The notes beneath the pieces are model-generated. The model made no database searches. It had not been told where the DNA came from and saw only the letters and a program-made list of their open reading frames with translations. 64,000 bases of DNA, taken from assembly GCA_012840535.1 (NCBI GenBank), contig DULF01000095.1:9069-73068 (forward strand), given 5' to 3'. Made by a program: the position numbers and the translations under genes. Below, one piece after another: positions 26,474 to 36,537 of the stretch. How positions within the stretch are numbered: the stretch's first letter is position 1; each line of letters starts with the position of its first letter. The DNA is from Clostridiaceae bacterium (GTDB lineage Bacteria; Bacillota; Clostridia; Acetivibrionales; DUMB01).

Positions 26474-28294
26474 CTATTTTCTGCCATACAACGGGCCAAA
26501 ATTCATGCATGCCCTGTAATCAGCGCCTTCAAGGTCATTTGTGCCAAATGCGCTCCAAGCGCTTGGCCTGAATATCTTCTCCTCGTCAACGTTATGCATG
26601 CATACAGGAATTCTCAGCATTGAAGCAAGCGTAATCAAGTCCGCTCCTATATGCCCATAGCTGATTGCCCCATGGTTTGCTCCCCAATTTGCCATAACAG
26701 TGTAAACATCCTTAAACGCGCCTTTACCCGTAAGTCTTGGTACAAACCATGTTGTAGGCCATGTGGGATCAGTACGTTGATCAAGAATATTATGAATATC
26801 TGCCGGAATATCCACTGTATAACCTTCTGCAATTTGCAATACAGGTCCAAGCCCCTTGATGATATTTACCCTTGACATGGTAACCGGCATTCCGCCCTTT
26901 GTCAGGAAATTCGATGAGAATCCGCCGCCCCTGAAATAACCTCTGCTGGCAGGTCTCCAGGATGTGGCATCGAGGCATCTTCCCACTTCTTCAGGAGTAA
27001 TCTCCCAGTAAGGTTTCATGACAGGTTCGCCGTTCCTGGATTGTTGTCCTGTTCCATCCAGTGTTGTCGCACCTGAATTTATCAAGTGAATTATGCCGTT
27101 TTCAGCAAGGCCTGTGAGTTCTTTTCCTGTTACTCGTTTTACAGCTTCCGGGCTCCAATAAGTCCTGACATCTGAGAAAATCTGGGCAGTATTTGTCAAT
27201 AAATGTCCGAACAGCATAGCAACTCCGTTCAGGCTGTCGTTTTCAGTTGCTACAATAAAAGGTTCCCTGATTCCGTTCCAGTCAAAGGATGAGCATAAGA
27301 TTGCCTCGAGGAAATCTCCATTGGGGAAATGGTCGGTCCATTGCCTCTGTCCCTGGAATCCAGCTGCAATAGCATTGTGGCCTAGTGCTTCTTCCTCAAA
27401 ACCCATTTCTGCCAGCCTAGGATTTCCTATCATTAAATCCCGCGCAATCATGGTCATTTTAACAACAAATTCCCATTCCCAGTCTTTTCTTTCCCTTGAA
27501 GACTGGAGTTCTATCGGGTTGTTGTCCGGACCCTCTTTGCAGTTCTCTTTCACCCATTTAATGGCTCTTTCAAATTCTTCCTTGTCATATATTCCTTCAT
27601 CCATTCTTCTGATGAATTCCGACATGTCAACATATTCATTGCGCATTCCAAGATAGTTCTGGAAAAAGTCAGCATCAACTATTGAACCGGCTATTCCCAT
27701 TGAGACAGAACCCATTGACAGATAAGACTTGCCTCTCATATACGCAACTGCAAGACCGGCTTTTACAAAACGCAATATTTTCTCCCGCACATCTTCAGGA
27801 ATTGTATTATCGCTCATATCCTGCACGTCCCTGCCATAAATACCAAAGGCGGGCAATCCCTTTTGGTTGTGTGCAGCAAGTACAGCAGCAAGGTACACAG
27901 CTCCCGGACGTTCAGTTCCATTAAATCCCCAGACAGCCTTTGGTATGTATGGGTCCATATCCATTGTCTCAGAACCATAGCACCAGCAAGGTGTTACAGA
28001 AAGGGAAACACCTACGCCTTCCCTTGCAAACTTCTCTGCAGCTTGTGCCGCTTCTGCAACTCCACCGATACATGTGTCTGCAATTACACATTCCACAGGA
28101 AGTCCGTTAGGGTGTCTCAGGTTTTCTGTAATCAGTGCCGCTGCTGCTTTAGCCAGGCTCATCGTCTTTTCTTCCAAAGACTCCCTTACTCCTCTGCGTC
28201 TCCCGTCAATTATTGGCCTGATTCCGACTTTAGGCATCGTCCCGCACAATCTGTTTTGAGGTTGGTTTACCTTTAAGCCACTAACATTAGCCAT
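26474..28294 (-). CDS. fucI: L-fucose isomerase
   Basis: It is collinear with E. coli FucI as I recall it: [81 protein letters not shown]. An AAGGAGGGG RBS precedes ATG 28294. Confidence 0.95.
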   Translation of the reverse strand: MANVSGLKVNQPQNRLCGTMPKVGIRPIIDGRRRGVRESLEEKTMSLAKAAAALITENLRHPNGLPVECVIADTCIGGVAEAAQAAEKFAREGVGVSLSVTPCWCYGSETMDMDPYIPKAVWGFNGTERPGAVYLAAVLAAHNQKGLPAFGIYGRDVQDMSDNTIPEDVREKILRFVKAGLAVAYMRGKSYLSMGSVSMGIAGSIVDADFFQNYLGMRNEYVDMSEFIRRMDEGIYDKEEFERAIKWVKENCKEGPDNNPIELQSSRERKDWEWEFVVKMTMIARDLMIGNPRLAEMGFEEEALGHNAIAAGFQGQRQWTDHFPNGDFLEAILCSSFDWNGIREPFIVATENDSLNGVAMLFGHLLTNTAQIFSDVRTYWSPEAVKRVTGKELTGLAENGIIHLINSGATTLDGTGQQSRNGEPVMKPYWEITPEEVGRCLDATSWRPASRGYFRGGGFSSNFLTKGGMPVTMSRVNIIKGLGPVLQIAEGYTVDIPADIHNILDQRTDPTWPTTWFVPRLTGKGAFKDVYTVMANWGANHGAISYGHIGADLITLASMLRIPVCMHNVDEEKIFRPSAWSAFGTNDLEGADYRACMNFGPLYGRK

Positions 28295-28322
28295 AAAAAA
28301 TCCCCTCCTTGAATATTGTTTA

Positions 28323-28346
28323 TGCACTCGATTGCATTCGAGTGTA
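28323..28346. promoter_or_regulatory. Imperfect 24-bp palindrome, candidate LacI-family operator in the fucI promoter region
   Basis: In TGCACTCGATTG|CATTCGAGTGTA, 10 of 12 positions are symmetric. It lies 29 nt upstream of the fucI start and just downstream of the lacI-type gene. Confidence 0.45.
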
Positions 28347-28423
28347 ATTTGTACCTTTTTAATGAACTTGCATATACCATGTACATATACATAGTATTGA
28401 TGCATAGTGTTTCCTTGGTTTTA

Positions 28424-29419
28424 TCAAACTTTGCTTTCAATCTTCAGCTCTGTTTTTAACCTTAATATTTGCGGAAATTCGGCTTCTTCGTGATTAATCT
28501 TTGATAAAATTAATTGTGCGGCTCTCCTTCCGATTTTCACTATAGGTTGGGCTACTCTTACATTGCACAATCCAAGAATGGATGACAACTCCATGTCGTC
28601 AAAGCCGGCAATTGATACCTGCACCTTAATTGATTCCTTGTTTTCCAAAAGGTACTTTATTGCGCCAACATGCATAAAGTAATTTGAAATAAACACATGT
28701 TGTGGCGGATTATTCATTTCCATAAGTTCTTTCATCAGATCGTATCCGCTGTCTACATGAAAGTCTCCGAACTTGATTATTTCCTTTTCCGGTTGGATGC
28801 GATAATCCCTTAACGCTCTTAAATACCCTTCATATCTTTCAAAAGCGGTCGTAATCTCGACATTTCCTCCAATAAAGGCAATTCTTCTGTGTCCCTGGTT
28901 TATAAGGTACTCTATTGCTGAATAGCTGCCGTTAATGTTGTCAACCAGCACAGCATCTGTTTCAAATTCTGAAACAAGCCTGTCTACCAGAACAATCGGG
29001 ATACCGGCGTCCTTAAACTCGTTAAGGTGCGAACCCTTGCCACTTGAAGGAATGAGTATTATACCGTCCACACATTTTTCACATAAAAGCTTTATCCGGT
29101 CTCTTTCTTCATCAACATTTTCATTTGAGTTACAGACTATAATATTATACCCGTGCTTTCTCAGCTCTGTCTCAACACCTTTTGCAATACCCATGAAAAA
29201 GTCATTCGTTAACTCAGGTGAAACAAAACCTACTGTATATGACTTGCTTGTTTTTAAACTACGTGCGATATTGTTGACCCTGTATCCCAGCTTTTCAATG
29301 CACTCAAGAACTCTTTTCCTGGTTTTTTCACTAATTCGCGGATCGTCGTTAATTACCCTCGAGACCGTTGCTGTAGAGACCCCGGCTGCTTTTGCTACAT
29401 CTTTGACCGTAACTGCCAT
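28424..29419 (-). CDS. LacI-family transcriptional regulator
   Basis: It has the HTH MAVTVKDVAKAAGVSTATVSRVINDDPRISEKTRKRV followed by a periplasmic-binding-protein-like sugar-binding core. The start is ATG 29419 (the ORF-track extension is spurious). Confidence 0.9.
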   Translation of the reverse strand: MAVTVKDVAKAAGVSTATVSRVINDDPRISEKTRKRVLECIEKLGYRVNNIARSLKTSKSYTVGFVSPELTNDFFMGIAKGVETELRKHGYNIIVCNSNENVDEERDRIKLLCEKCVDGIILIPSSGKGSHLNEFKDAGIPIVLVDRLVSEFETDAVLVDNINGSYSAIEYLINQGHRRIAFIGGNVEITTAFERYEGYLRALRDYRIQPEKEIIKFGDFHVDSGYDLMKELMEMNNPPQHVFISNYFMHVGAIKYLLENKESIKVQVSIAGFDDMELSSILGLCNVRVAQPIVKIGRRAAQLILSKINHEEAEFPQILRLKTELKIESKV

Positions 29420-29491
29420 TATTTTTCCCCTATCTGTTATGCACACGATTACATATGTAGTATATTCTACACAGATTAAAAAAATCCTTCT

Positions 29492-29537
29492 AAAAAATAA
29501 AAAACAACAGGTAATTTTACACGCCTGTTGTTTTTTA
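29492..29537 (-). terminator. Rho-independent terminator downstream of spoVT
   Basis: On the minus strand, ACAACAGG-CGTGTAAAATTA-CCTGTTGT is followed by TTTTTTATTTTTT. Confidence 0.7.
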
Positions 29538-29566
29538 TTATATTTTTTCATTATGTTTTTTCAATA

Positions 29567-30121
29567 TCATTGCTCCATCTGTTTCCCAAGAAATCCCGCC
29601 GCTGATTGCGCAAGCTTTGCTTCAACTTCGCCCATGCGCACATTCGGGTCTACCGACAGCAACATTACAGCGCCTATTGGGTCTCCTTCCGATATTATAG
29701 GTGATACAACCTGAGCAGTATACTTTTTAGCATCTGTGTCATCCGCTGTAATAGCAATGGCTTTATCTTCAGGAGATTTCACAATAAGAGTCGTCTTTTC
29801 CTCTATTACTTTCTCAACCTCCGGGCTTAATGCTTTCTCAAGGAATTCTTTTTTGGAAGCACCAGAAACAGCAATAATTGTATCTCTATCTGAAATACAT
29901 GTTATATGTCCGCTGGTCTTATGAAGAGACTCGGCATACTGGGCTGCAAAATCACCTAATTCGCCTATTGGTGAATATTTTTTAAGTATTACCTCTCCTT
30001 CTTTGTCTGTAAATATTTCCAGAGGGTCACCTTCTCTTATTCTTAAAGTTCTTCTTATCTCTTTCGGAATTACAACCCTTCCCAAGTCATCTATCCTTCT
30101 TACTATTCCAGTTGCCTTCAA
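29567..30121 (-). CDS. spoVT: Stage V sporulation protein T (AbrB-type N-domain + GAF-like C-domain)
   Basis: The N-terminus MKATGIVRRIDDLGRVVIPKEIRRTLRIREGDPLEIF is a SpoVT/AbrB swapped-hairpin domain. It is 184 aa and lies next to mfd, as in Bacillus. Confidence 0.9.
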   Translation of the reverse strand: MKATGIVRRIDDLGRVVIPKEIRRTLRIREGDPLEIFTDKEGEVILKKYSPIGELGDFAAQYAESLHKTSGHITCISDRDTIIAVSGASKKEFLEKALSPEVEKVIEEKTTLIVKSPEDKAIAITADDTDAKKYTAQVVSPIISEGDPIGAVMLLSVDPNVRMGEVEAKLAQSAAGFLGKQMEQ

Positions 30122-30287
30122 TTATTCCTACCTCCTTACCTGGTTTATTTTTTACTTCGTTTTTAGTATTAATTATTTATTGGAGTTTTATACATTAGAG
30201 GTTAATTGTGAAAAAAATGACGCGGAGAGGTTCCTGCTCATTTTCGAGTGAGCTGGAATAACCGTCTCCGCGGCGTTGGTTTTAATC

Positions 30288-31379
30288 CTATTTTATTGAA
30301 TCATAAACCCTCGGATCCTTCTTTACATCATATTTGGGGTCTTTCTTCCATTCTTCCATCTTTTCTACGAATTTCTCGTTTTCCACTTCTTCCTCTATAT
30401 ATTCTTTCACTTCTTCAAAATCAGTGGTCTCTCTGTTTTCAAGCCTCATTACATGGTAGCCGTAGTAAGTTTCCACTATATCTATATCGCCAACGTTTGC
30501 CTTAAATGCCCAATCCATAAACTCAGGCACGAAATTGCCGTATTTGTTGAACTTATATTCTCCCTCGTTCTCCTCTACTGCAGGCTTGTCGTCGGATAAT
30601 TCCTTAGCCAGCTTCTTCATATCTTCGCCTGCTTTTATTCTTTCCATGATGTCCTTTGCCTTTTCCTCAGCTTCCTTCTTCTTTTCTTCATCTAGCGGTT
30701 CCTTGGTTTCAGGGTCCAACGTGGAAACCAGTATATGCCTCACTGTTACTGTATCATAAGAACTTTTATCAGCTTCATATTTTTTCTTATAATCCTCATC
30801 GGTAAGGTTCATGTTCTCTATTTCTTTCCGGTATGCTTTTTGAGCAAGGATCACGTCCTCGTTCATTTTTTTGTATTCGCTCAATGTTATACCGTATGTT
30901 TCCTTGAGATATTTATCGGTTTTTGACCTGCTGTTGTCATTGCTTTCAATTAACTGGCCGACCCTTTGATCAATATATTCCTTATCTTCCTTTTCCAGCT
31001 TCAAATTATATTCCTTGGCTTTGTTAACCATTATTTTCTGTTCCTTCAAACCGTCAAGAGTGCGTCTTTTTGCTTCTTCAATAGCGCTTAAACCGTTAAA
31101 GTTGGCTGTATTCCAGAAAGTCTCGGCTTCAGGTGTTCCTTCCTCAATTCCGGCTTCCAAAAGCATGCTGTATTTTACATTTTCCAGGTACATGTTGAAT
31201 TCTCCAAGACTTATCTTTTCAGTTCCGACTGTAGCTACATAGGTTATGGTATTTGAAATTACCCAGGATATCGCAACTCCAAGTATGACGAGAACAATCA
31301 AGCCGATAAATCCATATTTCAGCCACTTCTCCACAGCTTCCACTTTTTCGTTCTTATTCCTTTTTTTGTTTTTGTTCAA
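30288..31379 (-). CDS. Membrane-anchored peptidyl-prolyl isomerase (PrsA/SurA-N + parvulin type)
   Basis: It has an N-terminal TM anchor, a SurA-N-like chaperone region, and a parvulin core VRHILV...FMDWAF...GYHVMRL. Confidence 0.75.
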   Translation of the reverse strand: MNKNKKRNKNEKVEAVEKWLKYGFIGLIVLVILGVAISWVISNTITYVATVGTEKISLGEFNMYLENVKYSMLLEAGIEEGTPEAETFWNTANFNGLSAIEEAKRRTLDGLKEQKIMVNKAKEYNLKLEKEDKEYIDQRVGQLIESNDNSRSKTDKYLKETYGITLSEYKKMNEDVILAQKAYRKEIENMNLTDEDYKKKYEADKSSYDTVTVRHILVSTLDPETKEPLDEEKKKEAEEKAKDIMERIKAGEDMKKLAKELSDDKPAVEENEGEYKFNKYGNFVPEFMDWAFKANVGDIDIVETYYGYHVMRLENRETTDFEEVKEYIEEEVENEKFVEKMEEWKKDPKYDVKKDPRVYDSIK

Positions 31380-31436
31380 GGCAAACCTCTCCCTAAATAA
31401 ATGTTTGGTAATAAAATTATTATACTTAAATTTTAA

Positions 31437-34400
31437 TCATACTTCAAAACTTTTAATATCATGTAACAGAATCTTAATATTGTCCAGCAATTTGTCCCTT
31501 TCCACACCTGAAATCCTGTATACGAGATGCGGATCATTTCCGGCGTTAAAAAGAAGTTGCCTTTTATAACGGGCTGCTAAGTCAAAGATTACCTTTATAT
31601 CAGGTTTTTTCACGCTACTTAGTTGAAACAAAACCGAACCGTTTTTCTCAGTTATTGATGAGAATCCGATTTTTGCAGCCAGTGATTTTATATAAGCTAT
31701 TGATATCAAATTTCTTACCGGTTGAGGCAATTCGCCATAGCGGTCCATGAGTTCATCTTCTACATCCAGCACATCCTGTTCATCCTGTATTGAAGCAATT
31801 TTTTTATACATCTCTATTCTTTGGTTTTCTGAACTTATATATTCATTGTCTATATAAGCATTGACATTAATATCAACGGTTACCTCAGGCTCCTCCTGTA
31901 CCGGCCCGCCGCCTTTCAATTCCCTTATGGCTTCATCCAAAAGCCTGCAATACATGTCATACCCTACCGATTCCATATGTCCGTGCTGTTCAGGTCCTAA
32001 CAGGTTTCCCGCTCCCCTGATTTCCATATCCCTCATGGCAATCTTAAAACCTGATCCAAGCTCCGTAAACTCTTTTATTGCCAACAGCCTTTTCTCAGCC
32101 ATCTCTGAGACCACTTTATCCTTTCTGTAAGTTATATATGCATAAGCAAGCCTGTTGGAGCGGCCTACCCTTCCCCTGAGCTGATAAAGCTGGGCAAGCC
32201 CCATCCTGTCCGCATCTTCAATAATAATTGTATTGACGTTGGGCATATCGAGTCCCGATTCTATTATAGTGGTACAGACCAGGATATCGTACTCGCCACT
32301 AATATAGGCCAGCATAATATCCTCAAGCTGTCTCTCGTCCATCTGGCCATGAGCCACGGCCACCCTTGCATCAGGAACAAGCCTCTGTACATGTGATGCT
32401 TTTACATCAATTGACCTTACCCTGTTGTAAAGGTAAAACACCTGCCCTTTTCTGCCAAGTTCGCGGATTATTGCATCTTTTATCACATCTTCATCATATT
32501 CCATTACATATGTCTGTACTGGATACCTTTCTTCCGGCGGATCCTCTATGACGCTTATGTCGCGGATTCCTACCAGGGACATGTGAAGAGTCCTTGGTAT
32601 GGGTGTCGCAGTTAGGGTTAAAACGTCAACATTAGGTTTTAAATTCTTTATCTTTTCCTTATGAGCAACCCCAAACCGCTGTTCTTCGTCAATTACAAGC
32701 AACCCGAGGTCCTTAAACTGTATGTCCTTTTGGAGCAGTCTGTGTGTACCTATCAACACGTCTATATTTCCAGATTTTACGTCCTTCAGAATTTTTTTCT
32801 GCTCAGACCTGGTTCTGAACCGGCTTATAACGTCTACAACAACAGGGAAATCTTTCATTCGCTCCTTAAAGGTATTATAATGCTGCTGGGCAAGTATTGT
32901 GGTCGGTACAAGGTAAGCTACCTGCTTGCCGTCCATAACTGCTTTAAAAACAGCCCTTATAGCCACTTCGGTTTTACCATACCCCACATCACCGCACAAT
33001 AACCTGTCCATAACTTTATCCGATTCCATATCCCTCTTTATTTCCTCAATGCACTTGAGCTGGTCTTCCGTCTCCTCGTACGGGAATTGTTCCTCAAACT
33101 GCCTCTGCCATACAGTATCTTTCGAATATGCAAATCCTTTAAGTGCCTGTCTTTGAGCATACAATTTTATTAATTCAGCAGCAAGCTCCTTCAAAGACTC
33201 TTTTACTTTCTTCTTCGTCTTTACCCAGTCACTGCCGCCCAGTTTGCTAAGTTTTGGCGTTTTGCCCTCGGAGCCGATGTACTTTTGAATCAGGTCTAAC
33301 TGGTTTGTAGGTATATAGAGGAAAGCCCCGTCCTGGTACCTGATTTTCAGATAATCCCTTTTTATATTTTCAACAGTCAGCTTCTCCATGCCAACATACT
33401 GTCCTATGCCGTGTGTCTGATGCACGACATAATCTCCGGGTTTAAGGTCCGTAAAAAGGTTAATCCTGTCGCCTTTTTTCCTTGATTTAGCCCTTTTACG
33501 CACTCTATCCTGCCCGAACACTTCCCTGCCGCTTAATACTACAAGCCCTATAGACGGGTATTCAAAGCCCTTGTATAAGCTCCCGCGGGTAATAACAACC
33601 TGGCCGGGCATTATGGGATATGACCTGTCTTCGTTGTAAACCGCTTCAACATTTGAGGCCCTAAGTGTTTCAACCAGCCTCTCGCCTCTGCCTTTTGTGC
33701 CCGAGAGTATGACTATCCGGCTTCCCCTTGTTTTCCAGTCCCTTATTTCTTCAACCAGAATGTCAATGTAGGTATTATAAGAACCAATAGACCTTGAAGC
33801 AATGTTGTAGCATTTTGCGCCGCTAATTTCTTTTTCAGCTGCAAGGGAGTTTAAATATACAGTTCTGTAATTTTTAAACCTTTTACATATATCCACGAAA
33901 TCAAAAAATATATTAAGGCTGCCGGGCAATATTTTCCCCTTTTCCATCATCGTTTTGCATATCTCTCCGTGCTCAAGCAATAAATTCTCATTCCTTTGTT
34001 TCAACCTTGTGAACTCGTCAACAAAAACCACTGCGCTGTCGTCCACAAAATCAGTAACAATGCCCGGTTCATCTATAATATATGGTATATACCTGTCTAT
34101 TCCCGGAAAATAATAATCGTTTTTTATCCTGTCAATATCTGATTTTATTTTTTGGCACAATGGGGAGTCAGGCGAATAATTGCCTTGGTTTAAGAGATCT
34201 TCCTCAATTCTGCCGATTATTGTGTCAACTTTGTCTGCCGGGTAAATTACATCCCTCGCCGGTATTACCCTCACCTTTTCGACCCTGTCAACAGAACGCT
34301 GGGTTAAGGTATCAAAACTCCTTATTGAGTCAACCTCGTCGTCAAACAGCTCAATTCGCACAGCCTGTTCACTGTTTGCAGGAAAAATATCGATAATGCC

Positions 34401-34931
34401 GCCTCTCACTGCAAACTGGCCTTTTGCCTCAACCGTATCCGTCCTTTCATAACCCATTGCAACGAACTTCTGAAGGGTTTCAGAAAGGTTTATCCTTGAA
34501 CCAACTGCAAATTCAAGCGTATTATCGATAAACATCTCTTTGGGTACAAGCTTATGGGAAATCGCCTCGGCAGATGTGACAAGAAACTTGTAATCTCCGT
34601 TTATTAGCCTGTCAATTACTTTGACTCTTTCATAAACATCGTCGTAATTCTTTGCCTCAATGTCATACATGACTATTTCCCTTGAGGGATACAGCAACAC
34701 ATCATCGCCAAGAAAAAAAGAAAAGTCCTCATATGCTCTTCTCGCCTGCATCTCGTTATAAGTGATAAAAACACCCTTCCGACCGGTATGCTCACAAATT
34801 GCGCAAGCAATGTGAACCTTCTGTGAATCGGAGGGTCCGGTAATGTTTACTGGCCGTGTGTATTTTGTTATCGCGTCTAAAATATCGTTATATTCATTTA
34901 TATCACGAAGTACATTAACCAAATAATTCAT
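31437..34931 (-). CDS. mfd: Transcription-repair coupling factor
   Basis: It is 1164 aa with a UvrB-homology N-terminus, CarD-like region (GDYVVHQTHGIGQY), helicase motifs (GDVGYGKTEVA, DEEQRFGV) and a TRCF C-terminal domain. Confidence 0.95.
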   Translation of the reverse strand: MNYLVNVLRDINEYNDILDAITKYTRPVNITGPSDSQKVHIACAICEHTGRKGVFITYNEMQARRAYEDFSFFLGDDVLLYPSREIVMYDIEAKNYDDVYERVKVIDRLINGDYKFLVTSAEAISHKLVPKEMFIDNTLEFAVGSRINLSETLQKFVAMGYERTDTVEAKGQFAVRGGIIDIFPANSEQAVRIELFDDEVDSIRSFDTLTQRSVDRVEKVRVIPARDVIYPADKVDTIIGRIEEDLLNQGNYSPDSPLCQKIKSDIDRIKNDYYFPGIDRYIPYIIDEPGIVTDFVDDSAVVFVDEFTRLKQRNENLLLEHGEICKTMMEKGKILPGSLNIFFDFVDICKRFKNYRTVYLNSLAAEKEISGAKCYNIASRSIGSYNTYIDILVEEIRDWKTRGSRIVILSGTKGRGERLVETLRASNVEAVYNEDRSYPIMPGQVVITRGSLYKGFEYPSIGLVVLSGREVFGQDRVRKRAKSRKKGDRINLFTDLKPGDYVVHQTHGIGQYVGMEKLTVENIKRDYLKIRYQDGAFLYIPTNQLDLIQKYIGSEGKTPKLSKLGGSDWVKTKKKVKESLKELAAELIKLYAQRQALKGFAYSKDTVWQRQFEEQFPYEETEDQLKCIEEIKRDMESDKVMDRLLCGDVGYGKTEVAIRAVFKAVMDGKQVAYLVPTTILAQQHYNTFKERMKDFPVVVDVISRFRTRSEQKKILKDVKSGNIDVLIGTHRLLQKDIQFKDLGLLVIDEEQRFGVAHKEKIKNLKPNVDVLTLTATPIPRTLHMSLVGIRDISVIEDPPEERYPVQTYVMEYDEDVIKDAIIRELGRKGQVFYLYNRVRSIDVKASHVQRLVPDARVAVAHGQMDERQLEDIMLAYISGEYDILVCTTIIESGLDMPNVNTIIIEDADRMGLAQLYQLRGRVGRSNRLAYAYITYRKDKVVSEMAEKRLLAIKEFTELGSGFKIAMRDMEIRGAGNLLGPEQHGHMESVGYDMYCRLLDEAIRELKGGGPVQEEPEVTVDINVNAYIDNEYISSENQRIEMYKKIASIQDEQDVLDVEDELMDRYGELPQPVRNLISIAYIKSLAAKIGFSSITEKNGSVLFQLSSVKKPDIKVIFDLAARYKRQLLFNAGNDPHLVYRISGVERDKLLDNIKILLHDIKSFEV

Positions 34932-34936
34932 GGACC

Positions 34937-35506
34937 TTACCCGTTATATAAATTCATGGCTGCCTCAGTACCTGACTTAATTATAGTTACAACAGCTTCC
35001 GCAGCCCTTTTTATACTATTATCTATTACCTCCCTTTCCTGCTCATTAAACTTGCTTAATACATAATCAGCCAAATCCCAGTTCTCAGGGGGCTTATCTA
35101 TTCCGATTCTAACCCTTGGAAATTCATCGGATTGTATCTGGTATATTACGGATTTCATCCCGTTATGGCTGCCGGCGCTTCCCTTTGCCCTCACCCTTAT
35201 CTTTCCAAGAGGTATATCTATATCGTCATAAATAATTATCAGGTTGTTAAGGGACGGTTTGTACCATTCTACTGCTTCCCTGACGCTTTCCCCGCTAAGA
35301 TTCATAAAGGTCTGCGGTTTCAAAAGCAGCACCCTTTTCCCCTCTATGGAACCCTCCCCTGTAAGGGCTTTGAATTTAAGCTTATTAACTTTAATGCCAA
35401 ATTTATACGACAGCATATCTATGGTGTCAAAACCAACATTATGCCTTGTATTATCATATTTTTTCCCCGGATTTCCAAGACCTGCAATTAAAAAAAAATC
35501 CTCCAC
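34937..35506 (-). CDS. pth: Peptidyl-tRNA hydrolase
   Basis: It contains LIAGLGNPGKKYDNTRHNVGF. A GTG start at 35506 follows a GAGGAGG RBS. The ORF-track 5' extension would overlap prs. Confidence 0.9.
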   Translation of the reverse strand: MEDFFLIAGLGNPGKKYDNTRHNVGFDTIDMLSYKFGIKVNKLKFKALTGEGSIEGKRVLLLKPQTFMNLSGESVREAVEWYKPSLNNLIIIYDDIDIPLGKIRVRAKGSAGSHNGMKSVIYQIQSDEFPRVRIGIDKPPENWDLADYVLSKFNEQEREVIDNSIKRAAEAVVTIIKSGTEAAMNLYNG

Positions 35507-35558
35507 TCTTTTCCTCCTCGCTATATATGTCCAAAGCTGCAAAACTTGCAGCTTTTGG

Positions 35559-36521
35559 CTAATCTTGCTGTGTAAAGAGTTTGCTGATAGACATATCCCC
35601 ATATATCCTTTCGATGGCTTCAGCAAATATCGCTGCAGCTGAAAGGACAGTTATCTTGTCAATTTGCTTCTCCTTCGGAAGAGGAATTGTATTTAATGTA
35701 ACAAGTTCTTTAATCTCCGAATTGCTTATCCTCTCTATAGCCGGGCCTGAAAGAACAGCATGGGTGCAACATGCGTATACTTCTTTGGCTCCTATTTCTC
35801 TCAATGCATTTGCAGCATTGACAATGGTTCCCGCCGTATCTATCAGGTCGTCAACCAGTATCGCTTTCTTGTTTTTAACGTCACCGATAATATTCATAAC
35901 TTCGCTTACATTAGCCTTCTGCCTTCTCTTATCTATAATAGCCAGCGGGACATCAAGGCGCCCTGCAATCTTTCTCGACCTGGTGACGCCTCCTACGTCA
36001 GGTGACACAACTACAACATCATCCAGCCTGTCGAATTTTTCCACAAAGTACTGGGCAATAATCGGACCGCCAAGCAAATGGTCAAGAGGAATATCAAAAA
36101 ACCCTTGCAGCTGCGGTGCATGTAAATCCATAGTAAGTATTCTGTCTGCTCCGGCAACGGTTATGAGGTTTGCTACCAGCTTTGCGGAAATAGGGTCCCT
36201 GGCTTTTGATTTCCTGTCCTGCCTTCCATAACCATAATACGGTATTACCGCTGTTATACGGCCTGCTGAAGCCCTTTTCAGAGCATCAATCATAATAAGC
36301 AATTCCACGAGATTATCGTTAACCGGAGGACATGTAGACTGAATTATAAATACATCACAGCCTCTGACCAATTCACCTATATTAACCTCGATCTCCCCAT
36401 CGCTGAATTTCCCGACAGTTGCAAGCCCTAAAGGCAGTCCGATTTTGCGCGCTATCTCTTCAGCCAATTCCCTGTTGGAGTTTCCCGCAAATATTTTGAT
36501 ATCTTTACCATGGATATTCAT
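35559..36521 (-). CDS. prs: Ribose-phosphate pyrophosphokinase
   Basis: It contains [42 protein letters not shown] and [11 protein letters not shown]. Confidence 0.95.
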   Translation of the reverse strand: MNIHGKDIKIFAGNSNRELAEEIARKIGLPLGLATVGKFSDGEIEVNIGELVRGCDVFIIQSTCPPVNDNLVELLIMIDALKRASAGRITAVIPYYGYGRQDRKSKARDPISAKLVANLITVAGADRILTMDLHAPQLQGFFDIPLDHLLGGPIIAQYFVEKFDRLDDVVVVSPDVGGVTRSRKIAGRLDVPLAIIDKRRQKANVSEVMNIIGDVKNKKAILVDDLIDTAGTIVNAANALREIGAKEVYACCTHAVLSGPAIERISNSEIKELVTLNTIPLPKEKQIDKITVLSAAAIFAEAIERIYGDMSISKLFTQQD

Positions 36522-36537
36522 TCATAATACTCCTTTG

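Noticed and set aside
26474-28405. N-terminal extensions in the ORF track for fucI, lacI, manC, gmd, glnA, glmU, pth, mscS, the ABC ATPase, rnfA, rnfG and paralog 3.
   Set aside because: In each case an internal start codon has a strong Shine-Dalgarno sequence and aligns with the conserved family N-terminus. The extensions run through RBS or promoter sequence.
28935-29714. A 259-aa plus-strand ORF overlapping the LacI-type gene and spoVT.
   Set aside because: It is antisense to two genes with clear family motifs. Its sequence is low-complexity (S/L/F/T-rich), it has no RBS and I recognise no family. It is a typical shadow ORF.
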